Source: an uncultured Spirochaetota bacterium (lineage in GTDB: Bacteria > Spirochaetota > UBA4802 > UBA5550). Taken from it: DNA of 64,000 bases. A program made the position numbers and the translations under genes. Position 1 is the stretch's first letter. The number at the start of each line of letters is the position of its first letter. The notes below the pieces were generated by a model. That model was not told where the DNA came from. It did no database searches and saw only the letters and a list, made by a program, of their open reading frames with translations. Shown here piece by piece: positions 39,463-49,202 of this stretch. The stretch lies in NCBI GenBank assembly GCA_942493035.1, contig OW818666.1, forward strand, positions 3,936,813-4,000,812, read 5' to 3'.

Positions 39463-40659
39463 TCAGTAAGTGTAGTTATATTTTCCATCTTTTGTAAGAT
39501 ATTTACCTATAACCATTCTCTGCACCTGAACTGTACCTTCGAATATCTGCATAATCTTTGCATCTCTCATGAATTTTTCTGCGGGATACTCTTTTGAATA
39601 TCCGTAGCCGCCGAAAATCTGCACTGCATCAACTGTGTTTTTCATAGCAGTATCTGCTGCGTACATTTTAGCCATGTTTGAGAGCATTTTAAAAGGGAGA
39701 CCGTTATCCTGAAGCCATGCAGCTTTCTGATAAAGAAGTCTGGCTGCTTCGGTAGTTGTGGCCATGTCAGCCAGCATAAAATGTATTGCCTGGAATGATG
39801 AGATCGGTTTTCCGAACTGTTTTCTTTCGTTTGAATATGCAAGCGCTGCGTTGAGTGCACCGGTTGATATACCTGTAGCCATAGCTGCAACAGCTGTTCT
39901 TGAGTAGTCAAGAGTCTCCATAAGTATTGCAGTTCCATTCCCCTCTCCGCCGATACACATCCAGCCGGGAACTCTTACATCATCAAATATTACTTCAGTT
40001 GTACTTGTGCTTCTAATACCGAGTTTATCCTCTTTGTTTCCGATTTTGACACCTGGAAAATCCCGGTCTACCATGAAGCAGCAGATACCCTTATTGCCGA
40101 GACTTTTGTCTATAGTGGCAAAAACAGAAAACTGTTTTGCGAATCCGCCGTTTGTAATAAACTGTTTTGTTCCGTTAAGAATCCAGTCGTTTCCATCTTT
40201 TGTGCATTTCATTGACATTCCAAGAGCATCGGATCCTGCACCCGGCTCTGTGAGACAGAACGCGCACATTGCACCTTCAAGCATTCTTCCGAACCACCAT
40301 TTTTTCTGCTCGTCATTTGCTCCAACCATAATCGGATCGGCAGCGAGGAGTGAAGATGCAACAACGGTTGTTGCTATTCCGGCATCTCTCTGTCCCAGTT
40401 CGTCAATTACTGTGTATCTTGTGAGGTTGTCAAGTCCCTGTCCGCCGTATTCTCCGGGAACTCCTATGTTTGTTAGACCAAGATCGTGCATTTTTGCAAG
40501 TACATCCATTGGAACTTTGTCTTCATGATCCCACTGACCGGCGAAGGGTTTGATCTCTTTGTCGGCAAACTCAGCAGTCATCTGCCTGATCATCTCCTGC
40601 TCTTCTGTAAGTCTGAATCCGAATCCGCTCTCTACCTGGCTGCTTATTACTGTATTCAT
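39463..40659 (-). CDS. Acyl-CoA dehydrogenase (butyryl-CoA dehydrogenase-like)
   Basis: About 398 aa from ATG 40659 (AGAGGA SD; the track extension runs through a repeat); ACAD N-, middle and C-terminal domain features. Confidence 0.9.
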   Translation of the reverse strand: MNTVISSQVESGFGFRLTEEQEMIRQMTAEFADKEIKPFAGQWDHEDKVPMDVLAKMHDLGLTNIGVPGEYGGQGLDNLTRYTVIDELGQRDAGIATTVVASSLLAADPIMVGANDEQKKWWFGRMLEGAMCAFCLTEPGAGSDALGMSMKCTKDGNDWILNGTKQFITNGGFAKQFSVFATIDKSLGNKGICCFMVDRDFPGVKIGNKEDKLGIRSTSTTEVIFDDVRVPGWMCIGGEGNGTAILMETLDYSRTAVAAMATGISTGALNAALAYSNERKQFGKPISSFQAIHFMLADMATTTEAARLLYQKAAWLQDNGLPFKMLSNMAKMYAADTAMKNTVDAVQIFGGYGYSKEYPAEKFMRDAKIMQIFEGTVQVQRMVIGKYLTKDGKYNYTY

Positions 40660-40689
40660 TTTTATTCCTCTTTTTACTATAAATTTTAA

Positions 40690-40726
40690 ATATTCCCGCC
40701 GCCTTTGGCGGCGGGAATAATAGAGC
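40690..40726 (+). repeat. Hairpin-repeat family B copy
   Basis: ATATTCCCGCCGCC-TTTG-GCGGCGGGAATAATAGAG between the thiolase stop and the acyl-CoA dehydrogenase start. Confidence 0.5.
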
Positions 40727-40738
40727 ATTTATTTTTTA

Positions 40739-41941
40739 TTAAATTTTTGTTGTCCAGAGTGATGCCATTGCAGGTCCTGTTCCAACACAGAGGGATGCTC
40801 CTCCGTATGAATAGCCTTTTCTTTTCATTTCATAAAGAAGAGTAACAATCAGTCTTGCCCCTGTGCATCCTATCGGGTGGCCAAGTGCAATTCCGGAACC
40901 GTAATGATTTACTTTATTCAGATCAAGATCAAGATTGTGGTCAATTTTCAGTTTTCTCTGGCATCCGATAAATTGCGGAGCAAAAGCTTCATTTATTTCC
41001 CAGTAATCAACATCATCAAATTTAATTCCGGTTCCTTCCAGACATTTCGGGATTGCTTCAGCAGGTCCTATTCCCATGATCTCAGGTTCAACACCGTATG
41101 AACATACATTCATGAGCTTACCAAGAGGTTTTAGTCCAAGCTTTTCAGCTCTGCTTTTTGACATAAGTACAAGTGCAGCAGCTCCGTCATTTATACCTGA
41201 TGCGTTAGCAGCTGTAACAACTCCGCCGTCGGGTTTAAAAGCAGGACGGAGTTTAGCCATTGACTCAACACTTGCATCTGGAATGAAGTGTTCATCCTTT
41301 GCGAATACTGTGGTGCCTTTTTTAGTTTTAATCTCTACGGGAACAATCTCTTCGTCAAACACACCTGATTCTACAGCCTTTGCTGCTCTCTGATGGCTTA
41401 GCAGCGCCAGGTTGTCACACTCTTCACGTGTAATATTATATTTAACTGCAACATTTTCAGCTGTGAGTCCCATGTGTCCAGGAACAAGTGAATCGAAAAG
41501 TGCATCGTGAGTTAGCGCGTCAACAAGTTCTCCGCTTCCCATTCTATAACCGTTTCTGGCGCCTGGAAGCATATAGGGGACGGCCGACATATTTTCCACT
41601 CCAACAACAAGAGCGATCTCTGTTTTTCCCAGCATGATATTGCTTGCAGCAATTTCCATTGCCCGCATTCCTGATGAACAGTTCTGATTCACAACCATGG
41701 CGGAACTTCTGAAAGGGAGTCCGCATGCAAGTCCGACGATTCTTGCAGGAAGAGAATTCTGCATATGCTGGTAAACCTGACCCATTACTATTTCATCGAT
41801 GCTTTGAGAATCAATTCCCGCACGTTTAATCGCTTCCTTTCCTGCTGTTACAGCAAGATCTTTGGCAGTTACATCTTTCAGGGATCCTAAAAATTTACCT
41901 ATAGGTGTTCTGCATGCTCCAACTACTACTACTTCATTCAT
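40739..41941 (-). CDS. Acetyl-CoA C-acetyltransferase (thiolase)
   Basis: 400 aa; thiolase active-site Cys context and C-terminal signature GGASLCVGTGPAMA; GGAGG SD. Confidence 0.9.
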   Translation of the reverse strand: MNEVVVVGACRTPIGKFLGSLKDVTAKDLAVTAGKEAIKRAGIDSQSIDEIVMGQVYQHMQNSLPARIVGLACGLPFRSSAMVVNQNCSSGMRAMEIAASNIMLGKTEIALVVGVENMSAVPYMLPGARNGYRMGSGELVDALTHDALFDSLVPGHMGLTAENVAVKYNITREECDNLALLSHQRAAKAVESGVFDEEIVPVEIKTKKGTTVFAKDEHFIPDASVESMAKLRPAFKPDGGVVTAANASGINDGAAALVLMSKSRAEKLGLKPLGKLMNVCSYGVEPEIMGIGPAEAIPKCLEGTGIKFDDVDYWEINEAFAPQFIGCQRKLKIDHNLDLDLNKVNHYGSGIALGHPIGCTGARLIVTLLYEMKRKGYSYGGASLCVGTGPAMASLWTTKI

Positions 41942-42091
41942 AAATAGCCTCCATTATCTAATTATTAAAAACGGATTGCCTTTTGTATTCGAAGCGGTAC
42001 AGCTTCGACAATGAGTCTTTAAATAATTTAAAATCATATAAAGAGAGATAAGGCATAAAAAGTATTAATGCAATAGCCGTCATAGAGGGAG

Positions 42092-42148
42092 TTTTGTGGT
42101 CGTATTAATTATTTTTTTGTGGTGAGAGGGGTGCAGCGGAATTTTTTT
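42092..42148. promoter_or_regulatory. Shared upstream motif, copy 2 (TTTGTGGTCGTATTAATTATTTTTTTGTGG...)
   Basis: 24-nt exact match to 36113-36166; upstream of the thiolase / acyl-CoA dehydrogenase operon. Confidence 0.4.
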
Positions 42149-42385
42149 ATTGTATGCTTAAAAAAACACATCGATCGTCACCTCTATTTTAATATAGACT
42201 TATGTATTACTCTTTAATCGTATTGAATAAATATAGATTGTTAGAAAAGATACAATCAGTACCTTCGGATAAGTTTCAACCTGTCCCTTTAACTCTAAAA
42301 ATTTCAGCATCAACTCGCTGGAGTTAGCAGGATTATCTTATTTAAATTTATATAATTAGAATCTCGTAACTAAGGTAAATTACTG

Positions 42386-43477
42386 ATGAAATTTTATTCC
42401 ATACTGATCCCGCTATTGATTATTCTTTCTGTAACAACATTGCCTTTAAGGGCTGTTTCCGAAGAAGAATCGGATAAAAAAATTTTAACCGAAGATAATG
42501 CCGCATTAAATATTTATGGAGGATATAATTTATCATATTGGAAAATAGTCCCCAGTATATTTTTTGAATTCAGTTATAATAATGAACCGTATAAAATAAA
42601 GCAGTTTGGTATAAAAACAAATTATTCATTATTCTCTTTTGGATTAGAATATAACAACAGCAATATATCTTTCTCCAACGCTTTTAATTTAGATGAAAAT
42701 AATGAAGAAAATCGGAGCCATCTTGCCGAACAGTTGAAAATATTTAACGGATTATCATTTGGAAATCTGTCAATATTCATCTCAGCAACGTATCAGAAAT
42801 TCAACACTACTGCAACTTCAAGTCAGGAAGACGATATTAACTATTATTCGAAAAATGACGGATTAATAATAGTTAAAGAGTACGACACAATTGAGTGGTT
42901 CACTAAATATTCAAAATACGATCTTAGATTTGATTATTCAACATCCGATGCCGGAATTTTCAGTTTGGGTATAAGATATATGAATTATGAAGCTCCAACC
43001 GAAGTTGATATAAGTAAACAGAATTCAACTACCAGCGGTAAAATTATACTCTTCACAAAAAATAAAATAATCGATCCATATTTTGGAATTACTTTAAAAA
43101 ACCGGTTTTCAGACAGCTTCTATTCTTTCTTTTCTGTTTCAGGGAGTATGCTGCTTACATCGTACTATCCTGAAAGTCAATATTTCGATATAGCTTACAA
43201 TAATCCTTTATCATTTGAATCTTTTTCTATTACGGGAATCTACACTTGCAGTTATGCATTTCATTTAACCGGAGAGCACTATAGAATTGAAACCGGTATT
43301 AAAGCAGAAGTATTCATGGCATCTTTATCATACGACAGTACGCTTGAAGATGATATTACCGCCAGAAGCCAGACAGGTACACCAGTTGTGTTTAATACCG
43401 GTGATGAAGTTGAACTGAACTTCAGCAGAACCGAAGTATTCTGGGGATATTATATAAAGGCATCATCATTTTTTTAA
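42386..43477 (+). CDS. Hypothetical secreted protein, possible outer-membrane beta-barrel
   Basis: 363 aa; signal peptide; N/Y/S-rich; C-terminal aromatic residues (SSFF). Confidence 0.4.
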   Translation: MKFYSILIPLLIILSVTTLPLRAVSEEESDKKILTEDNAALNIYGGYNLSYWKIVPSIFFEFSYNNEPYKIKQFGIKTNYSLFSFGLEYNNSNISFSNAFNLDENNEENRSHLAEQLKIFNGLSFGNLSIFISATYQKFNTTATSSQEDDINYYSKNDGLIIVKEYDTIEWFTKYSKYDLRFDYSTSDAGIFSLGIRYMNYEAPTEVDISKQNSTTSGKIILFTKNKIIDPYFGITLKNRFSDSFYSFFSVSGSMLLTSYYPESQYFDIAYNNPLSFESFSITGIYTCSYAFHLTGEHYRIETGIKAEVFMASLSYDSTLEDDITARSQTGTPVVFNTGDEVELNFSRTEVFWGYYIKASSFF

Positions 43478-43805
43478 TTATTCAATTTTATCTACGGATT
43501 TTACAGGCATCACGGACCAGCTTATCCTCTTAATAATTTAAACAATTTCAGAGTTTTTAAATTATTTTTTAGCCATTGAATATTCCGAAGATAATGAGTA
43601 GAACTGTATGCAGACAATTTTTACACTCCGGATCAGGAATGCTGAAGGAGCAACTCACTTGTTTTTGAAGATATCCCGAAAAGTATATGATACTATTATG
43701 TGTTTAACATTCCTCCCTAAATTGAAAATAAAGTATCATCCTTGACAAATACTCTTTAACAAGACTGCATTAATCCAGTAAAAATAATCCTCCAAGGATG
43801 AATAA

Positions 43806-45995
43806 ATGCGAATTTTTGCTACAGCTATCCTTTTCTGTATCCTAACTGCCGTATCGGCAACTTCCGTTAATTCGGCACCGGCTGCAGTGCAGGGAGTGCT
43901 CGACTTGAGGAGTTTCAGTTTCACAGATAACAATATAGCGGATATCACCGGTGAATATCTTTTTTATTGGGATAAGTTCGTCAACTATGAAGATCTATTT
44001 CTGGAAAGCAGCGGTGGAGAAATATTCTCCGGACCGAGGCTCTGGAACTGGAAGGAAGGGGATAGTAAACTCTATCCTGCAATCGGCAAGGGAACATTTG
44101 CAGTTAAAATACTTCTCCCCGAAGGACATCCACGTCTGGCCGTACGAACAGATACAGTCTTCAGTGCGTATACACTTTTTGCTGACGGAAAACCGGTTAT
44201 AACAAAGGGGACTCCAGGAAACGGAGAGTCAACTTCAATCCCGTACATCTGCCCTGATTATGCAGTGATAGACAATTCCACTCCAGAACTGATACTATCA
44301 TTTCATATATCCAACTATCATGCAGAGTGGGGCGGATTCTGGGAGCCGGTTAAGATCGGAAGTGAGCGTGCTATCCGCAATGAGTGGATATCATCACTTA
44401 CAAAAATATATATCCTTTTTGGAGCTTTAATTATTATGGCGTTATATCATATAGCCATATTTGTTCTGCGAAGAGACGACAAGGCGCCACTCTATTTTGC
44501 TCTTTTCTGCATCCTGATGGCAGCAAGAGCAATAACTATGGATCAGAGACTGATTACTCATTTAATCGGAGGATTTAACTGGAGGATTCTGAGAAGTCTT
44601 GAATACTTTGGTCTTTTTATGGGAGTCCCGGTTTTTGTACTTTTTCTTTACTCTCTGTTCCGGGAATGTGTCTCTCTGAAATTTGTGCGTGTGGTAATCT
44701 ATACCGGAACGGCTTTTACCTTTCTCGAGATAATCAGAATACCATTTATATATCCTTACCTGCTTAATTTATTTCAGGTACTACTTCTTGTTACATGTAT
44801 TTATTTTGTATATGTTCTCATTATTGCATTCCGGAAAGGTTACGACGGGGTTATTATTTTTTCATCAGGACTTGCAATATTTCTGGCGACAATAATTAAT
44901 GATCTGCTGCATTCGATATCAGTAATCAACACAGGATACTACGCTCCTTTTGGTCTGATGGGATTTATGCTGTCACAGGCATATCTTCTCTCCCGGAGAT
45001 TTTCAAAAGCATATAACACCGCAGAGATCCTTAGCGAAGAACTTCTTATAGAAAAAAAATCACTGCTGGATCTTGTTGAAAGGATCAGGCTTTCGGTGAC
45101 TGAGCTTAATGATTTTTCAGGAATGATAAGAAAAACGGCAGACACACTTCAGGCTAAGATGGAAATACAGGGGAGCACACTTGTGGAGACATCAGCCGCA
45201 ACAGAAGAGGTCAGCGCTTCAATAGCATCCATTTCGGATAAAACTATGGAACAGAATGATATAGTTCACCAGACAATTCCGGTTTTGAATGAATATCTTG
45301 CAGGTTTGAAAAGAATTATAGATGCATCTTCACGGGCAGAAACTCTTAGTATTGAAAACACCCGCCGTACTGAAGAGAGTGCAGTGAAACTCAATGAAAT
45401 CATAAAGGGAATGGAGGATATCCGTATCTCATCGAATGAGATTAGCGAAATAACTGATGTTATAAATGAGATTGCTGAAAAGACAAATCTTCTCTCTTTA
45501 AACGCGGCTATCGAGGCTGCCCGCGCCGGAGCTTCAGGCAGGGGATTTGCTGTTGTTGCCGAAGAGATTGGTAAGCTGGCTGACCTTTCGATAACTCAGT
45601 CTAAATCGATTCATTCACACATTCAATCGGCTGTGTCAAAAATTGAGGCCGAGATTAAGATTGTTTATGACTCGGAAATAATTATAAGAGGGATAGGTGT
45701 TGATGCCGGGGCCGTACTTGAAAGTGTAAGATCAATAGGATTGCTCTGCAGTGATCAGGAGAAAAAGGCATCTGCTCTTCGAAAAGGCTCAATTGAAATT
45801 ACAGGCGGTTCCGAGGTGATAACCCAGGCTATGAGTGAACAGAAGATAACTGTATCTGAAGTAGCTAAGGCCGTAGAACAACTTAACGAGATTATGTTCG
45901 ATGTAGTTGAAAGTGTTTCCGTGCTGATGGATTCACTGGTGGTACTTAATTCACAGACGGGCGCTCTCTCAAAGATGGTTGAGGAAAAGATTTAA
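43806..45995 (+). CDS. Methyl-accepting chemotaxis protein with 7TMR-DISM-type sensor
   Basis: 729 aa; signal peptide, extracellular domain, seven-TM block, C-terminal MCP signalling domain ([31 protein letters not shown]). Confidence 0.85.
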   Translation: MRIFATAILFCILTAVSATSVNSAPAAVQGVLDLRSFSFTDNNIADITGEYLFYWDKFVNYEDLFLESSGGEIFSGPRLWNWKEGDSKLYPAIGKGTFAVKILLPEGHPRLAVRTDTVFSAYTLFADGKPVITKGTPGNGESTSIPYICPDYAVIDNSTPELILSFHISNYHAEWGGFWEPVKIGSERAIRNEWISSLTKIYILFGALIIMALYHIAIFVLRRDDKAPLYFALFCILMAARAITMDQRLITHLIGGFNWRILRSLEYFGLFMGVPVFVLFLYSLFRECVSLKFVRVVIYTGTAFTFLEIIRIPFIYPYLLNLFQVLLLVTCIYFVYVLIIAFRKGYDGVIIFSSGLAIFLATIINDLLHSISVINTGYYAPFGLMGFMLSQAYLLSRRFSKAYNTAEILSEELLIEKKSLLDLVERIRLSVTELNDFSGMIRKTADTLQAKMEIQGSTLVETSAATEEVSASIASISDKTMEQNDIVHQTIPVLNEYLAGLKRIIDASSRAETLSIENTRRTEESAVKLNEIIKGMEDIRISSNEISEITDVINEIAEKTNLLSLNAAIEAARAGASGRGFAVVAEEIGKLADLSITQSKSIHSHIQSAVSKIEAEIKIVYDSEIIIRGIGVDAGAVLESVRSIGLLCSDQEKKASALRKGSIEITGGSEVITQAMSEQKITVSEVAKAVEQLNEIMFDVVESVSVLMDSLVVLNSQTGALSKMVEEKI

Positions 45996-46048
45996 TTTAA
46001 AATCAGTAATTACACCTAAATATAATTTTTAGAGTAAAAGGCAAAAAA

Positions 46049-46120
46049 ATATATCCCCGCCGCCATTGGCGGCGGGGATAATAGAGTTTTGTTACTTTAG
46101 AAAAGTTAAGGAATAAATAC
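46049..46120 (+). repeat. Hairpin-repeat family B copy
   Basis: ATATATCCCCGCCGCC-ATTG-GCGGCGGGGATAATAGAG, then TTTAGAAAAGTTAAGGAATAAATAC. Confidence 0.55.
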
Positions 46121-46211
46121 TGATTTAAACTGTATTTATTGATTATTTTTTGCCAAATTTGTAATGAATATATTGAATCTAAAATAGAAAATACTACAAA
46201 CCGGGGGATCG

Positions 46212-47345
46212 ATGTTAAAACGAACCGCAATGATTTTTCTGTTACTCTCTGTAACCTGTTTTTTTTCCTGTGATTTTGAGAAAAGCGGATCATCTGAAAA
46301 AGATCAGAAGTCACGCCCGTTTCTTATGGGATTCACTCCATGGCCCTATGATGCAACAATCGAAGCTGTCGACTGGTCGTATGAAAAGATCAATGAAAAC
46401 GGGGATATTATCTCGCACCACATGGAAGAGGGTGTCCCATGGCAGGAATCTTTTTCCGGCTCAGACTTTCCAGCCGAACTTATTTCAGAGATTGAATCCC
46501 GCACAATAAGATATATCGACGGTAAAAAGGTTCTGCTCTCGGTATCCCCTCTTAATATGGCACGGGATGGAATGGCTCTCAACCGCGGTTCATCAGAAAG
46601 TATGCCTCTGCCTGCGCCATGGAATACATACGCTTTGAACAGTATTGAGGTCAAAACTTCATTTTTAAATTACTCGAAGAGAATGATTGAATATTTTGAT
46701 CCCGATTTCCTCATCATCGGGGTTGAGGTTAATCTTCTTATCCGCAACACGCCTTCTCTCTGGCAGCAGTATCTTGAGCTTCATCGCTATGTATATACTG
46801 AATTGAAAAAATTTTATCCATCATTGCAAATCGGTGTTTCTGTCGTCTGCACCGCCTACTTCCCGGAGTGGTCATCTGAAGATAATATTGATGATCAGTT
46901 ATCGGGACTTGAAGATCTCGATTCTTCAATTGATTTTCTTGCGTTCTCGGTGCATCCGTTTATGAGTGCATTGACAGCTGAATCTTTTCCGGACGATTAT
47001 ATGCAGAGGCTCTTTGCTCTAACAGATAAACCGGTAGCTATCTCCGAGAGCAGTTATCCCGCGCAAAGTTGGCAGACAATAAACGCCCCAATAATTGATT
47101 TTAACGGTACACCTGAAAAACAGAAGAATTTTGTTTCGCTTATGCTGGAACAATCGGCCGAATCAAATGCGTTATTTGTTATCTGGTTTTCTATTCGTGA
47201 TTTTGATGCACTATGGAACGGTCTCCTGAACCAGGATGCGCTCTCACTCATCTGGCGCGACACTGGATTATATGATGAACAGGGAGATGGACGTTTAGCG
47301 CTTGATACCTGGACAGACTGGTTTGATATGGGAGTATCAGAGTAA
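46212..47345 (+). CDS. Hypothetical lipoprotein, possibly glycoside-hydrolase-like
   Basis: 377 aa; lipobox FFSC; acidic and aromatic-rich soluble domain; family assignment uncertain. Confidence 0.4.
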   Translation: MLKRTAMIFLLLSVTCFFSCDFEKSGSSEKDQKSRPFLMGFTPWPYDATIEAVDWSYEKINENGDIISHHMEEGVPWQESFSGSDFPAELISEIESRTIRYIDGKKVLLSVSPLNMARDGMALNRGSSESMPLPAPWNTYALNSIEVKTSFLNYSKRMIEYFDPDFLIIGVEVNLLIRNTPSLWQQYLELHRYVYTELKKFYPSLQIGVSVVCTAYFPEWSSEDNIDDQLSGLEDLDSSIDFLAFSVHPFMSALTAESFPDDYMQRLFALTDKPVAISESSYPAQSWQTINAPIIDFNGTPEKQKNFVSLMLEQSAESNALFVIWFSIRDFDALWNGLLNQDALSLIWRDTGLYDEQGDGRLALDTWTDWFDMGVSE

Positions 47346-47414
47346 TGAACAATAGCGGGAGCGAGGCTGACTTTTTAAATCATTTTTTAAATTCATTGAA
47401 GGACTGAAGATTAT

Positions 47415-48374
47415 ATGAAAAAATTTTTAATCGTTACTATCTTTTTACTGACATCATTTAATTCCGGTATAGCGGAAACAAATGATCAATCAATAGATTA
47501 TTTTGAAGATAAATTTACTGTCCGTACATCTATTAAAAATTCTTTCCTGCAGTTCAGAATTATTGATCCTGATCAGGAAGGAGAAGATATTAAATATTTA
47601 CCCAATGTGAAAACAGCAATCAGCGCATTAATTTATTACGAATCGTTCGCCTTATCGGTTTCAAAGGATTTTAATCTAAGAAATGATGAAAAAAAGGGGG
47701 ACACTGAATACTATGATTTCCAGCTGTATTATTTTACAGAAAATTTAGGCTGTGAATTATATTACCAGAGATATAAAGGCTACTATCTGGATGATCCGGA
47801 AAACTTCGGTTATGTTGCTGGAGATTCTAAAACAATAAGATCCGATATAAGTACATCTCATCAGGGATTGAATATCTACTATATATTTACTGATGCTTAT
47901 TCTATGAACGCCGCAATGAATCAGGGGGAGAAGCAGAATGAATTGAAAGGTTCATTTATGATAATGGGTTCATTTAATCGTGTAAAGCTGGATAGCAGCT
48001 ACAGTTTAATTCCTGAGAATCAGCATATATATTATGATGAAGATTCAAACTATACTGGCGGAAAATATTTTACACTTTCAATTTCACCCGGTGCGGGAAT
48101 TATTATACCTTATGAAGATATTTTTGCTTCTTTTGCTGTCTTTATAGGTTATGGAAAGTCATATAGTGAATATCAGAATCTTGATGACCGGCAGACAGGT
48201 GTTGATAATGTTCTGAAAGTTAATATGAAGTTTTCAGCCGGTTATAATGCTGATAATCTATTTTACGGAATTGTCTGTAATTACGATGCAACAAATTTAG
48301 TAGAAAATGAAAATCAGTTCGAAAATTCGTTTGAGGCGGGATTTGTAGAGTTATTTTTAGGTACGCGCTTTTAA
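47415..48374 (+). CDS. Hypothetical secreted protein, possible outer-membrane beta-barrel
   Basis: 319 aa; signal peptide MKKFLIVTIFLLTSFNSGIA; Y/G-rich alternating pattern; C-terminal F. Confidence 0.4.
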   Translation: MKKFLIVTIFLLTSFNSGIAETNDQSIDYFEDKFTVRTSIKNSFLQFRIIDPDQEGEDIKYLPNVKTAISALIYYESFALSVSKDFNLRNDEKKGDTEYYDFQLYYFTENLGCELYYQRYKGYYLDDPENFGYVAGDSKTIRSDISTSHQGLNIYYIFTDAYSMNAAMNQGEKQNELKGSFMIMGSFNRVKLDSSYSLIPENQHIYYDEDSNYTGGKYFTLSISPGAGIIIPYEDIFASFAVFIGYGKSYSEYQNLDDRQTGVDNVLKVNMKFSAGYNADNLFYGIVCNYDATNLVENENQFENSFEAGFVELFLGTRF

Positions 48375-48533
48375 AAGTTTTCAATTTACTCATAAGAAAT
48401 AATTTAATATTAAGTGAATTGAAAACTTTTTGTCAACAATGAAACTAAATGATTCTATTTATAAGTTTCAGTATACTACCGTAATTACAAAGAGTTACAT
48501 TATATCCTCTGAAGTCAAACTCCTGTTAACTCA

Positions 48534-49202
48534 TCACTCCTCAGTCTTCTGAACCCATTTGATTGCGTATGATAAAAGCTCATTCGATGATGAAATATTC
48601 ATCTTCTCTTTTATTCTTTCCCTGTATGTTCCGATTGTATTTACATTAAGATTTAATGACTCGGCTATATCTTTCCTTGTATATCCTTTCCCGATGAGCC
48701 GGAAAATTTCCAGCTCTCTCCCTGTGAGCATTGATGCTGGATCATCATCGATATTTTTCTTTCCGGCCTCTCCACCCTTGGCCAGAAAATTGCTCAGCAG
48801 CCGGTCATTCATACTCTCGCTTATATAAATCTTTCCGGAGATAATCTGCCGGATGGCGGTTGTAACCTGTCCGGACATCTCCTGTTTCATTATATATCCT
48901 CTTGCTCCGGTGACCAATGCCCGTTCGGCATAAACTTTTTCATCATGCATCGATAGAACCAGTGAAGGTATGTTCAGATTGTTGTCCTGAATAAATTTGA
49001 TCAGCTCCAGGCCGCTTGTATCCTTCAGAGTAATATCCGCGATGACAAGATCCGGTTTTAGCTGGCGGACTTTATGTGTCGCGGAAAAAACATCTTCAGC
49101 CTCGCCGCAGACCTCCATGTCAGATTCTTCGTTGATCAGCTGGATAAGCCCTTTTCTGAATATGGGGTGATCATCAACTATAAATATTCGTAATTTCTTC
49201 AT
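48534..49202 (-). CDS. Response regulator, NarL/FixJ (LuxR HTH) family
   Basis: Receiver domain (IFIVDDHPIF...) plus C-terminal LuxR-type HTH (LTGRELEIFRLIGKGYTRKDIAESLNLNVNTI); ATG 49202 with GGAAGGA SD. Confidence 0.9.
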   Translation of the reverse strand: MKKLRIFIVDDHPIFRKGLIQLINEESDMEVCGEAEDVFSATHKVRQLKPDLVIADITLKDTSGLELIKFIQDNNLNIPSLVLSMHDEKVYAERALVTGARGYIMKQEMSGQVTTAIRQIISGKIYISESMNDRLLSNFLAKGGEAGKKNIDDDPASMLTGRELEIFRLIGKGYTRKDIAESLNLNVNTIGTYRERIKEKMNISSSNELLSYAIKWVQKTEE

